From contig NIVC01000135.1 of NCBI GenBank assembly GCA_002269645.1, forward strand, positions 293,334 to 357,333: a stretch of 64,000 nt of DNA, read 5' to 3'. Made by a program: the position numbers and the translations under genes. Numbering within the stretch: position 1 is the first letter of the stretch; every line of letters begins with the position of its first letter. Shown here one piece after another: positions 47,001-59,528 of this stretch. Below the pieces are notes generated by a model. The model was not told the origin of the DNA, ran no database searches, and saw nothing but the letters and a program-made list of their open reading frames with translations. This DNA is from Macrostomum lignano (Eukaryota).

Positions 47001-49742
47001 GCTGCTGCTGCTGCGACTTCCGCAAAGCGACACAAGATCGATGAGATCGACGAATACCTACTGGGCAGGTTCATCGGTCCAATGGAGGCAGTTAACACCA
47101 TCCTGGGCTTCGAGGTGCACAGCCGATACCCCCCTGTGATCAGGCTCGTGGTTCATCTTAAGGACGAGCAGCGAGTTTTTTTCACAGACGAGACGGCTCA
47201 GGCTATTGCTGCTACGCCCAAGGCCACAACTTTGACCGCCTTCTTCGATGTGAGTTTTGCAGACAGAGTGCAATTTGTTCAATTTTTGCTCCTTCCTGTT
47301 CCTAAACGCCCAGTTTCCTGTTCCTACCCGCCCAGCTTTGTCGCCATGACGAAATCGCCCGAGGTCTGCTGTACCAGGAGGTGCCCCGGCACTTCACCTG
47401 GGACCCCAGGGCGCACCAGTGGCATCGCGCAGGTCGCGGTCGAGTCGCTGCTGATCAGCCAGCCGATGTTCTGACGACCAGCAACATCGGCCGCATCTAC
47501 ACAGTCAGTCCTCGGATGGGCGACTGTTTCTACCTGCGCCTGCTGCTGGTGAATGTGCGCGGCCCGACTTCGTTCGAGGCTCTGCGCACTGTTGATGGAG
47601 TCCTGTTGCCGACCTTCAAGGCCGCCTGCCAGGCTCGCGGACTGCTGGAGGATGACAGGCACTGGCAGCTGTGTCTGTCCGAAGCTGCCCAGACGCGGAT
47701 GCCTGCTGCTCTGCGCCGACTTTTTGCCGCAATTTTGGCGCACGGCGATCCCAGCGACCCCGCGAAGCTCTGGGAGGAGTTTTCCCGCGAGATGGCTGGC
47801 GACCTGCTGCACCAGGGCTTGAGCGCCGAGGCTGCTATGGCCGAAGTTCTGCGGTCGCTGCAGAAGCGGCTGGAGCGGATGGGCGGATCCGAGCTGTCTG
47901 CCTACGGCCTTCCCAACCACTGGCAGAAGCGGATCAAGTAAATGAACTCACTGCTATGCACGTAGTGCAGTATGTACTCACTGCATATGCACGTAGTGCT
48001 ATGCAGTTTTTAACCTTTAATAGCTTACTGATTACAGCTTCTTCTCAATATCCAGACTCGGCTTCTTTCTGATTGCCTGCCGACGCTGCAAGAAGCTGCT
48101 GAGCTGCAGTCTGAAGTGGATGCGCTGGTCGCTACCCTGACTGACGAGCAGCGAGCTGTCTTCGAGGCCGTGCAGTCCAATCTGACGGCCGGCGGCGGCG
48201 GGCTGCATTTCATTGACGCTCCTGGCGGCACAGGCAAGACGTTCCTGCTCACGCTTCTGCTGAAGTCGGTTCGAGCAAGGCGTCAAATTGCTGTTGCCGT
48301 CGCGTCATCGGGCATCGCGGCGACTATTCTTCCCGGAGGTCGAACCGCCCACTCGATGTGAGTTTTGTGTCTGCATAAATCATTTTATAAACTGTTAGTT
48401 TTTAAGCACAGAAAGTCATGCCTAATTTATCATCACAATAGACCATCCTCGCGATACCTGCCTGCAGGTTCAAGATCCCCGTCTGCGCTGTACGGCAGGA
48501 CAGCGCCTTCTGCTCCATCGGCAGGCGGAGCAAACTGGCGGAGATTCTGCGGAACGCCCGCCTCATCGTGTGGGACGAGGCTCCGATGACGCACCGCAAA
48601 GACCTCGAGATCGTCGAGCGTTCTCTGCGTGATTTGCTGCACGGTGGGCAGCCGTTCGGGGGAGCGCTGCTGGTGCTGGCTGGCGACTTTCGCCAGTTGC
48701 TTGCTGTTGTGCCCGGAGGGACGCAGGCCAACACGATCGAAGCCTGCCTGAATCGGTCGGTGCTGTGGCGGCACTTCCGGCAGCACCAGCTCACAAGGAA
48801 TCTGCGGCTGGAGGGCGGCTCGGCTCTCCAAAGCTACGCAGATTTTCTTATGCAGGTGAGAATCTATGGAGTTTCTATGCTCTAATTAAGCATGAAAATT
48901 GTAGAAAAAAATTGTAAAATTTCTACTCAATAAAAATTAAAATTTCTACTCATTCCACTTTTCACTGTCAGGTTGGCAACGGGGAGCTGCCAGAGGACGT
49001 TGAGGGCATGGTCTCCTTGCCTAGCGAGATCCTTCTGCCCGAGGACACAACCACTGAGCAGCTCATCCGGCACGTTTACCCGTCCTTTGAGCCGAGTGCG
49101 CAGCGTGACCAGATGTTCGCGGAGCGGAGCATCCTGGCGCCACTCAACAGGACGGTGGACGAGGCCAACGCCGCCTGCTTAGCGCTCTTTCCCGGTGAGA
49201 GCCGAGTCTACCTGTCGGTCGACTCGATTCCGAATGACGACACGGCAGCCACCAATTTTCCGCCGGAGCTGCTGAACCGGCTGGACCCCAGCGGTATGTC
49301 GCATCACCGACTGGAGCTGAAGGTCGGCATGCCGGTCGTCATGATGAGGAATCTGGACCCACCGCTGCTGTGCAATGGGACTCGGCTGCTGCTGCGCGAA
49401 CTGCGTGACAACGTCCTGCTCGCGGAGGTCGCCACTGGCATCTACCGTGGGCGGCAGGTGTTCATCCCGCGGATTCCGCAGGAGCCGAGTCCGACCGAGA
49501 TCCCGTTCGTTTTCCGCCGTCTGCAGTTCCCGATCCGGCCGTGCTTCGCCATGACCATCCACAAGAGCCAGGGCCAGTCGCTGGGCACCTACGCTGTCGA
49601 CCTGACGACAGCTTGCTTTCAGCATGGCCAGCTCTACGTGGCTCTGAGTCGTGCGCGGAGTGCCGATGGCGTTAAAGTTCGGGCTCCAGGCGGACGTACG
49701 AGAAACATCGTGTTGCGTCAGCTTATCGGCAAGCAGAACTAA
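44070..49742 (+). CDS. Helitron RepHel transposase (HUH Rep + Pif1-like SF1B helicase), 9 exons, ~1575 aa, one apparent frameshift at ~47913
   Basis: Exons 44070-44548, 44657-44774, 44967-45540, 45660-46298, 46411-47249, 47336-47937, 48038(or 48056)-48357, 48468-48855, 48972-49742. Motifs: Zn finger CLHC...CC, Rep PDLFLTMTCNPKWPEI, EYQKRG|LPHVH, YVVKYITKG; helicase FIDAPGGTGKT, IVWDEAPM, LAGDFRQL, QFPIRPCFAMTIHKSQGQSL, HGQLYVALSR. Confidence 0.92.
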
Positions 49743-49814
49743 CTATTATCTGAACTGAACTGAATCATAGGCAGGATGAAAGAATATATAGGTTTGAGTG
49801 ACATATTAGAAGAG

Positions 49815-50075
49815 TGAGTGGCAAATTATGAGAGTGAGTGACAAATTATGAGAGTGAGTGACAAATTATGAGAGTGAGTGGCAAATTATGAGAGTGAGTG
49901 ACGAATTATGAGAGTGAGTGACAAATTATGAGAGTGAGTGACAAATTATGAGAGTGAGTGGCAAATTATGAGAGTGAGTGACAAATTATGAGAGTGAGTG
50001 GCAAATTATGAGAGTGAGTGACAAATTATGAGAGTGAGTGGCAAATTATGAGAGTGAGTGACGAATTATGAGAGA
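49815..50075 (+). repeat. 20 bp minisatellite (~13 copies) downstream of RepHel
   Basis: Unit GAGAGTGAGTG(A/G)CAAATTAT, iterated and decaying to ~50380. Confidence 0.92.
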
Positions 50076-51720
50076 ATTGAAAAATTTTGAGAGTGAGTAA
50101 GTGACAAATTATGAGACCGAGTAACAAATTATTAGTGAGTGAGTGAATGAAAAATGTTAAGAGAGAGTGACAAATTATGATAGCGAGTTGGTGAAAAATT
50201 ATGCGAAGGAGTCATTAATCATGAGTGGGAGTGAAAAATTATGAGTGACAAATTTCAGTGCGATAATACTTAAGAGGGTGCAAATTCAGGCTGTCAAATT
50301 GAGTGTGACGAATTATGAGTCGATAAAATATGAGTCATAAATTATGAGAGTGCCAAATTGAGAGTGTCGCAAATTATAAGTGATAAATTTTTAACAAAAA
50401 CGATTAGGTGGTGGCAAAATTGTTTCTTGACAGAGTTGCTAAATGAATTTCATACACGGGGGGAGCTTTTAAGAATGCTCAGGCTCCTATCAATTTAGAT
50501 TCAATTGCCATACTTATTTTTTCTGAATCTTTTTAATGTACAAAGTGGCCGTTCGTAATTATTTTTGTTAAGCTCTATATTTTATTACATTTGTTAGTAT
50601 TTATTTATTTATTTAATATTGTCAGTTCAGTTATCCGGTTTCTTCCACTGCTTTCCACTTTCTCTTCACCTTTACTTGCACCCCTATTATAATACAAATG
50701 CATTTGCTTATTAAAAAATATATGCCATACTGTACTCGGGGTGCGCAGGATTCTGAATACAAACAAGGCTGTCAATCATAGGCTATTAGTAACAAGCAAT
50801 AAGTAATAGAAAGGCATAAAATTCACATGAATTTAAACTTAACAAGTACTTAGCCAAAGAGACTATCCCATTTATTCGATCGTTTCCTGCGTACCCCCCA
50901 ATGATGTCTTTGAATTAGTTATTTATATTCAACAGCGGCGAAGGAACTCGAGTACGAGTATTCAGCTAGCTGTGAAAGGAACGCAGCAACATCAGTACTT
51001 GAAGAAGTCAAGAAGTTATAACTCAGTGCAGCTATACAAAGTAGTTTTGGTACTTCTTCCACCATTTTCACTAAGATGTACAGTGCCTGCGTGACTGCTA
51101 TAGCTGACGGGCAGCCAATCAGTTTTGCACATTTAAACTGCCTTATAGTGCAGCGGCAGAGAATGAGTAGCCAACCAGCTGTTATAGAATGAATTCATTT
51201 AATTAATGATTTGCGCAACATCTATCACAGACTTTAGATTATCACAACTTTAGACTGACGACGAACTCTAAGCTCTAAACAGAGAATGCCATAGCAGATC
51301 ATTTTAAGCTGCAATCGCACCCTAACGCTGAATCATATTTCTTTAGTCGGCAGTGAGCACTTGAATTTAACACTATTGAGACTGCCAAACCCAGAACCGT
51401 CAACCCCAGACATTGTACTCTAGACTTAAAGCTCGCTTAAAAGTTTAGCCAATCAAAAACATTTTCAGTAAGCTTACCATTAATGTGAAATCTGTAACTT
51501 TTGAGCGACCAAAATCGACTGTGTTGCGCAACATTTAAAGTCAAATTGAAAGGTTTCAGTTCAAATGAATCTAATTAAATTGTGAGACTCTCTACACCAG
51601 CTTATATACAATTTATTCACTCACCAATGCAGGTGCTAAGTCTTTTGAGAACTGGAATAAATCCATCTGGCAGACACCTCACCAAACCAAATAACACCAG
51701 TTCTCACCCCAAACCGCGCC

Positions 51721-51760
51721 TATAAATACAAGATCGCAAACTCAGCCCCAATTATCAGTT
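51721..51760 (+). promoter_or_regulatory. TATA box and Inr-like element of the cargo ORF
   Basis: TATAAAT at 51721-51727 and TCAGT at 51755-51759, upstream of the ATG at 51805. Confidence 0.5.
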
Positions 51761-51804
51761 ATCAATCGACAGTCAACTGTACGAGTATTGCATATAAGTC
51801 AAAA

Positions 51805-52254
51805 ATGTCCAAGTCAACACAGTCCGACAACAACCTGGAGAAATTCGAAAGACTGCAGAAAGCCATGGAGCAGCACTTCAGTTTGTTCGTGAGAAAAACA
51901 TCTGAAATGCTTCAGGAGGAGCACAAATCGGCACAACATGAAGCAAAGCTCAAGTCCTCCCTCGAAGAAGTTGTAATGGAGCAACGACAGCAGCTGGAGC
52001 ACTACAAGAAGCGACTGGCAGACACCGAAGCCGAACTGGAGAGCAAGAAGAAGGAGTGCGACCGCTTGGCTGCCTTCCTGCAAGACGAGGACGCTGCTTT
52101 GCTCGCCTGCGTCGAAGACACCGCTTCGGGCCAGCCACCTGCGAAGCGACTCTGCAGTCGGGACGACGGCTCTGCTCAGCACCCGGACGGACCGGCTGTA
52201 GAGCCGCAGCCCGGAGCGGACTCGGCGAAGGCGAGCGAAACAGACAAAGTATAA
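51805..52254 (+). CDS. Unknown coiled-coil protein, 149 aa (Helitron cargo)
   Basis: GC-rich ATG-initiated ORF in AT-rich flanks, heptad-rich (LEEVVMEQRQQLEHYKKRLADTEAELESKKKECDRL), NLS-like PPAKRL, with an upstream TATA. Confidence 0.62.
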   Translation: MSKSTQSDNNLEKFERLQKAMEQHFSLFVRKTSEMLQEEHKSAQHEAKLKSSLEEVVMEQRQQLEHYKKRLADTEAELESKKKECDRLAAFLQDEDAALLACVEDTASGQPPAKRLCSRDDGSAQHPDGPAVEPQPGADSAKASETDKV

Positions 52255-52479
52255 CAGACTAACTATTCTATTTACTAAATATCTGTAATTAACTTATATT
52301 TTCTGCTGGAATTCTGACTGCTTATAGATACCCATCAGCTAGAAAAAACAAGTAATCATCTACATCTTAGACACTTAAAATTTTAAAACTTGCAAAATAT
52401 AATTTAACAAATTAAAAATAAAAATGTCTTCTCTTGCAGTCGGGTAACCAAGCAGTCACATTCCTTCTCCTTGCACTCC

Positions 52480-52836
52480 CAGTTCGTATTCGTGTTTGCC
52501 AGTAGCTTCAAGTACTTTCAGCTGCTTTCTTTGCTCTGTTACAATTTCTTTCGAGATGGACTTGATCTTTGCTTCCTGTTGTGCCCTTTTATACTCGGCA
52601 ACAGTCGAAAGTTCCACAAGTACAAATCCGGTGTAGTTAGACAACTTCTCATTTAAAATGCACAGTAAAATGTGAATACAAATATCTTTGCTTGGCGGGT
52701 GGATCTTTTGACTTTTGTTGGGTATAATTGCTTCTCCTGATCATTCAGATGTTATTCTTGCGCTCAAACTGTAAGTGCCCTCTGTGGCTTTCTGCAGCTT
52801 TTCGATTTCTTCAAGTTGTTTTTGGACTGTGTTGAC
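52480..52836 (-). pseudogene. Degenerate inverted paralog of the coiled-coil ORF
   Basis: Minus strand GTCAACACAGTCCAAAAACAACTTGAAGAAATCGAAAAGCTGCAGAAAGCC aligns with the plus ORF GTCAACACAGTCCGACAACAACCTGGAGAAATTCGAAAGACTGCAGAAAGCC. EYKRAQQEAKIKSISKEIVTEQRKQL aligns with EHKSAQHEAKLKSSLEEVVMEQRQQL. Indels and stops are present. Confidence 0.7.
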
Positions 52837-53482
52837 TAATAAAATATACTGTAAATATGTCTTTGCTTATTTTTATGCCTTTAATTGCATTGCAATATTT
52901 GCCTCGCTTATGTCCATGAAAGTGCAGTTTTTTCATGCAATTAAAAAAACATTAAGTTACTACATGTGCCAAACTTAAGCTTCAAAGCTAGGATTCTATA
53001 GGGGATGGAGTTCTAACTGAGCACAGATTGTACTCATTTTTGGGATAGGTCAAATATAAAGTTAAGGTGTTCAATTTCTAACTGCCAATGTGCATTGGAG
53101 GGTTGATTTACATTGCGTAACTTTATTTAAAGTTAAGTGAGACTGATACTGACTGACTGAGATAACGATTGCGCCATCTATTGTTCAATTTGTTTTATCA
53201 TCAGTGCCTTTCAAAAGGCAGCCATGTGTATTAACCGGGGGGGGGGGGTTGCTGAGTATCGGCGGGGAGTGTGCATTGGAGGGTTAATTTAGATTGAGTA
53301 ATCATTTGTTCACATAATTGAAACTGTTGCCGACTGCCTAAGAAATTGATTATGTCAACCGCTTCGTGAGACTTTTACTGAAACTGAGTTGGGTCATGGG
53401 ATTCAGCTGATGGAGTTCAGGGATTTGAATTCCGGTGATGGGAGTTCTTCCCCTTTCTCCTCCAGCGGAGGAGTTGGCCTCG

Positions 53483-56400
53483 TATATACTAAAGTTGACG
53501 CGTTGTTTGTCTGTATGTCTGTGTGTCTGTCATTTCGACAACTCCTCCTTGAATAGTGCCAACTCAGCGTTGAAACTTATATGGGAAGATTGGAAATTAT
53601 CCGAGGTCGGCTATAGGCTATTTTAATTCTGAAATTTTAATTTCTAAGATCCTCAAAAAAGCAGAAAACTCGAATCTTGACCTTTGATAATCTTAATTGT
53701 CCCCTCTTTCTGCTTGGAGCTGAAAAATGCATGAATTTTTAGTGATTGCGCCACAACTTTTCCCTATCTCTGTAGTGTATTTTCTTTCCAGTGGGGGGTG
53801 GGAGCGTTCTCAGTGGCTGCGTGTGTACACTTGGACCCTGGCTCACTGGCTGACTTTATAGATAATTGCGCAATGATATGGCTACTGATAAGTTTTCCTG
53901 CCTTTCAATGGGCAGTCCTGTGTATTTGTTGGACATTGAAATTCAATGCATCAACTTGCAAGCAGGCAGTGAACGTACACTCGATACTTCAATGCTATAA
54001 ATCAGACAGTTTCAAACGCCAACTGTTCCTCGAGTTTTAAACTTTGAGAGGAGAAACTTATATTGCTGGAAAGATCTTGCAACGCTGAGTTCGGGGATAT
54101 AAGTTGTTTGCTTTAAATATGAAAAGAAAAAGCACAGCATTTGAAAAACTATTTCCATACTTTTAACTTTCTGCAAAGATTGTACTTTAATCTGCAAAGA
54201 TTGTTGGGCGGAGGGTTCAACTTCTCACTGCTGCTGTGTATTGGAGGGTTGATTTAGATTGCGCAATGTTTTTGTTAACTTTAACTGAGACTGATACTGA
54301 CTGACTGTGAAATCGGTTGCGCAATGAATTGATTCAATTAGTTCAATATTTTTATCAGTGCCTTTTAACACGAAGCTGTGCGTTCTGACCCTAACCCTAA
54401 CCCTAACCCTAACCAATGAATCCGGAGAGTTGAGTTGTTTGACGTCAAAAAATTCGATTCAGTCCAGTTTAGCGGATACGATTTCAATGTTTTAATTTTG
54501 ACGGAGAGGATTTCTGTTTCGTGTAGAGGATTTCGATGGTGTTCAGTTTCACGGAGAGGATTTCGATGATGTTCAGCTTCACGGAGAGGATTTCTGTTTT
54601 GCGGAGATAATTAATGATTGATTTGTGTTGTATGGAGACGATTTTGATGGATTTAAGTTTCAAGGAGAGGATTTCGATGGTTTTCAGTTGCACGGACAGG
54701 ATTTCTGCTTCGCGGAGAGGATCTTGATGGATTTAGCATCTTCAATCAGTCAGAGAAGAGAGTAAAGAGAAGAATGAAAAGAGAAGAGAGATGAGATGAT
54801 AGAAAACAGAGTAGAAATGAGTGGAGAGATTAGACATGCCAGATGGGAGAGAAGAGGGGAGTAAGGCGGGAACGAAGGAGAGAGAAGAGAAAAGAAGAGA
54901 GGAGATGAGAGGGGAGATATGAGATAGCAAAGAGGAGACAGGAGATAAGAGGAGAGAGAAGAGAGGAGGGATAAGAGCGTACAGAGGAAATAGAAGAGGA
55001 GAGAGTAGAGGAGAAAGAAAAAGAGTACAGATGAGAGATGAGAGAGGAGAGGAGAGAGGAGAAAGTAAAGACGAAAGACGAGGGAGAAGAGATAGATAAA
55101 GGGAGTAGAGATGAGAAGAGAGAGAGGAGAGAGAAGAGAGAGGAGAAGGGAGAGAGAAGAAAGATCAGAAAAAATGTGAGAGTTATGAGAAATAAGCAGT
55201 AAGGAGAAAGAAGAGGGTAAAGATAAGGGTGCAGAGAGGAGAGATGAGATTGCGATGAGAAAAGAGAGTGAGAAAATAGGAGAGAAGAGATTAGAGATGA
55301 GAGAAGGTAAAAATGAGAGGAGAAAAGAGAGAATAGAAAGGATAGAAAAGAGAGAAGAGAGAAGATAAGAGATGGTAGAAAGAAAGGAAGAAAGATTGGA
55401 GATAAGAAAGGAAAGGGCGAGAGCATATAGGAGATATGAAAAATAGGAGCAGAGAGGAGAGAGAAAAAGAAGAGATAGAGGTTAGAGGAGAAAGATAAGA
55501 GAGTAAAGACATGAGAGAGTAAATGAGAGATGAGAGAGGAGAGAAGAAGGGAGAGATAAGAAAGAAGAGAGGAGACAAGAGACAGAAGTGAAGAGGAGAG
55601 ATACATGTATGAGAGGAGAGACAAGAGACAGGAGAGGGTACAGACGAAAGACGAGGGAGAAGAGGTAAATAAGGGAGTAGAGATGAGATGAGAGAGAGGA
55701 GAGAGAAGCGAGAGGAGAAGAGAGAGGAGAGAGGAGAGAGGAGAGAAATGGAAGATCAGAGATGAGAGAGTTAAGAGAGGAAAGTAGTGAGGAGAGGAGA
55801 GATGAGAGATGCGATGAGAAGAGATGCGTGAGAACATAAGAGAGAAGAGATTAGAGATTAGAGAAGAGAGGGGAGAAGATGAAAGGAAAAAGGAGAGGAG
55901 AAAAGAGAGAAGAGACAGGGGATAGTGGAAAGGAGGAAAGAAAGATAGGAGACAAGAAAGTAGAGCGTGAGAGCGTATATGAGATATGAGAAATGAGAGC
56001 AGAGAGGAGAGAGAGGGTAAAGAGAGATGATAGATAAGTGAGTAGAGATGACATATGAGAGAGGAGAGAAGAGGGAGAGATAAGAGTGAAGAGAGGAGAC
56101 AGAAGACAGAAGTGAAGAGGAGAGATATGAGAGAAGAGAGGAGACAAGAGACAGGAGAGGGTACAGACGAAAGACGAGGGAGAAGAGATACATAAGGGAG
56201 TAGAGATGAGAGGAGAGAGAGGAGAGACTAGATATAAGATAGCAAAGAAGAGAGAGCAGAGATGAGAGACTAGAGATGGAAAGCAGATTAGAGAGAAGAG
56301 ATAAGAGACTACACTGTAGAGATGAGAGGGCAAAGAGGAGAGCAAAAGGGCTTTACAGAGGATTTGGAGATGATTTGGAAGATGGGATTCAAGTCATGGA

Positions 56401-59400
56401 GTTTCAGCTGATGGATTTCAGGGAATGGAATTCCGGTGATGGGAGTTCTTCCCCTTTCTCCTCCGGAGGAGGAGTTCCACTCGTATCTATATATACTAAA
56501 GTTGACGCGTTGTTTGTCTGTCTGTATGTCTGTCTGTATGTCTGTCTGTATGTCTGTCTGTCATTTCGACAACTCCTCCTTGAATAGTGCCAACTCAGCG
56601 TTGAAACTTATATGGGAAGATTGGAAATTATCCGAGGTCGGCTATAGGCTATTTTAATTCTGAAATTTTAATTTCTAAGATCCTCAAAAAAGCAGAAAAC
56701 GGCGGTCTTGACCTTTGATAATCTTAATTGTCCCCTCTTTCTGCTTGGAGCTGAAAATTTGCATGAATTTCAAGTGATTGCGCCACAACTTTTCCCTATC
56801 TCTGCAGTGTATTTTCTCTCCAGTGGGGGGATGGGGCGTTCTAAATGGCTGCATGTGTACAATCGGACCCTGGCTCACTGGCTGACTGTATAGACAATTG
56901 CGCAAAGATTTGTGTTCTAATTTTCAATAGGCAGCCCTGTGATTTTGTTGAACCTTGAAATTCAATGCATAAACTTGCGGGCCTCTTTAGCAGGCAGTAA
57001 ACGTACAATCGATATTTCAATGCTTTAAATCAGAAAGTTTCAAACGCAAACTGTTGCTCGAGTTTTTAACTTTGAGAGAAAAAATTTATATTGCTGGAAA
57101 GAACTTGCAAAGCTGATTTCAGGGATATAAATTGTTTGCTTTAAATATGAAAACTAAAAGCTCTGCATTGCAAAAACTATTTCCATACTTTAAACTTTCT
57201 GCAAAGATTGTACTCATTTTAGGATTTCAATGGCGTTCGACCGACCCCCCAACAGTTAGGAGGTCGGTCGGTGTGTATTTGAGGGTTGATTTAGATTGCG
57301 CAATCTGTTTGTTAACTTTAACTGAGACTGATACTGACTAACACAGAAATATATTGCACAATCAATTGATTCAATTGGTTCATTTTTTATTATCGGCCCT
57401 GTGTATTAGTTTGGCAGTGAAATTCAATGAATAAACTTGCGAGCATCTCTAGCAAGAAGTCGGGAAATCGGTAAATTTCAAACGCTAACTGTTCCTCGAG
57501 TTTTAAACTTTCAGAGGAGAAACTTATATTGCTGGAAAGATCTTGCAACGCTGAGTTCGGGGATATAAGTTGTTTGCTTTAAATATAAAAAGAAAAAGCA
57601 CAGCATTGAAAAAACTATTTCCATGCTTTTAACTTTCTGCAAAAATTGTGCTCAGTTTTGCGAGACGTAATAGATAAAGTTGGGGGAGGGTTCAACTCCC
57701 TGCTGCTGTGTATTGGAGGGTTGATTTAGATTGCGCAATGTTTGTGTTAACTTTAACTGAGACTGATACTGACTGACTGACTGTGAAATCGGTTGCGCAA
57801 TGAATTGATTCAATTAGTTCAATATTTTTATCAGTGCCTTTTAACACGAAGCTGTGCGTAGTTTTAACCCTAACCTTAACCCTAACCAATGAATCCGGAG
57901 AGTTGAGTTGTTTGACGGCAAAAAATTCGATTGAGTCCAGTTTAATGGAGACGATTTCAATGCTTTAATTTTGATGGAGAGGATTTCTGTTGCGTGGAGA
58001 GGATTTCGATGGTGTTCAGTTTCACGGAGAGGATTTCTGTTTCGCGGAGATAATTAATGATTGATTTCTGTTTTCTAGAGACGATTTTGATGGATTTAAG
58101 TTTCAAGGAGAGAATTTCGAAGGAGTCCAGTTTCACTGAGAGGATTTCGAAGGAGTCCAGTTTCACGGAGAGAATTTCGATGGTTTTCAGTTGCACGGAC
58201 AGGATTTCTGCTTCGCGGAGAAGATCTTGATAGATTTGGCATCTTCAATCAGTCAGAGAAGAGAGTAAAGAGAAGAATGAAAAGAGAAGAGAGATGAGAT
58301 GATAGAAAACAGATTAGAAATGAGACGAGAGATTAGACATGACAGATGGGAGAGAAGAGGGGAGTAAGGCGGGAACGAAGGAGAGAGAAGAGAAGAGGAG
58401 AGAGGAGATGAGAGGGGAGATATGAGATAGAGGGAGACAAGAGAGATGATAGGAGAGAGAATAGATGAGGGATAAGAGCGTACAGAGGAAATAGAAGAGA
58501 GGGGAAGTAGAGGAGAAAGAAAGAATGAGATGAGGGATGAGAGATGAGACAGGAGGGGAGAGAGGAGAGAGAAAAGAGGAGAAAAGAGGGGAGAAAGGAG
58601 ACAGGAGTGAGTAGAGACGAAAGACCAGGGAGAAGATATAAATAAGGTAGTAGAGATGAGAGGAGATAGAGGAGATCGAGAAGCGAGAGGAGAAGAGAGA
58701 GGCGAGAGAGGAGAGAGATGAAGGATCAGAGATGAGAGAGTTAAGAGAGGAAAGTAGTGAGGAGAGGAGAGATGAGAGATGCGTTGAGAAAGGAGATGAG
58801 AGGTGCGATGAGAAAAGAGATGAGTGAGAACATAAGAGAGAAGAGATTAGAGCTTAGAGAGGGGAGAAGATGAAAGGAGAAAGGAGAGAAGAGAAGAGAG
58901 AATGGAGAGGATAGAAAAGAGAGAAGAGAAGAGACAGGGGATAGTGGAAAGGAGTAAAGAAAGATGGGAGATAAGAAAGTAGAGAGTGAGAGCAATGAGA
59001 TATGAGAAAAAAGAGCAGAGAGGAGAGAAAAGAGAAGAGAGAGAGAGAGAGGGTTAAGGAGAGACGATAGATAAGTGAGTAGATATGAGATATGAGAGAG
59101 GAGAGAAGAGAAGACAGGAGACAGAAGTGAAGAGGAGAGATATGAGAGAAGAGAGGAGACAAGAGAATGAAGAGGGTACAGACGAAAGACGAGGGAGAAG
59201 AGATAAATAAGGGAGTAGGGGTAGAGATGAGATGAGAGAGAGGAGAGAGAAGAGAGTCACGATAATAGCGAAGAGAGGAGAGAGGAGATATGAGAGACGT
59301 GAGAGTCTTTAAGCTATGGGCTTTGAAAGGTTTTATAAAGAATTTGGAGACGATTTGGAAGATAGAGTTCTAGACATGGAATTTCAGTTGATGGATATTT

Positions 59401-59497
59401 CAGGGAATGGAATTCCGGTGATGGGAGTTCTTCCCTTTCTCCTCCGAAGGAGGAGTTCCACTCGTATATACTAAAGTTGACGCGTTGTTTGTCTGTC

Positions 59498-59528
<31 letters not shown>

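Larger units (their letters stand above)
42691..53482 (+). mobile_element. Autonomous-type Helitron (~10.8 kb)
   Basis: 5' TCTTAATACTAAAAG start and ~1.1 kb of unit-like sequence, then the RepHel gene and a cargo ORF, then a unit-like 3' segment (53020-53482) ending in the hairpin CTCCTCC-AGC-GGAGGAG + TTGGCCTCG. The family assignment is firm; the exact ends are inferred from sharing with the flanking units. Confidence 0.75.

Noticed and set aside
50736-50897. 12 bp inverted repeat GGGGTGCGCAGG / CCTGCGTACCCC as a MITE
   Set aside because: Too short, has one mismatch, no TSD is evident and there is no second copy in the window.
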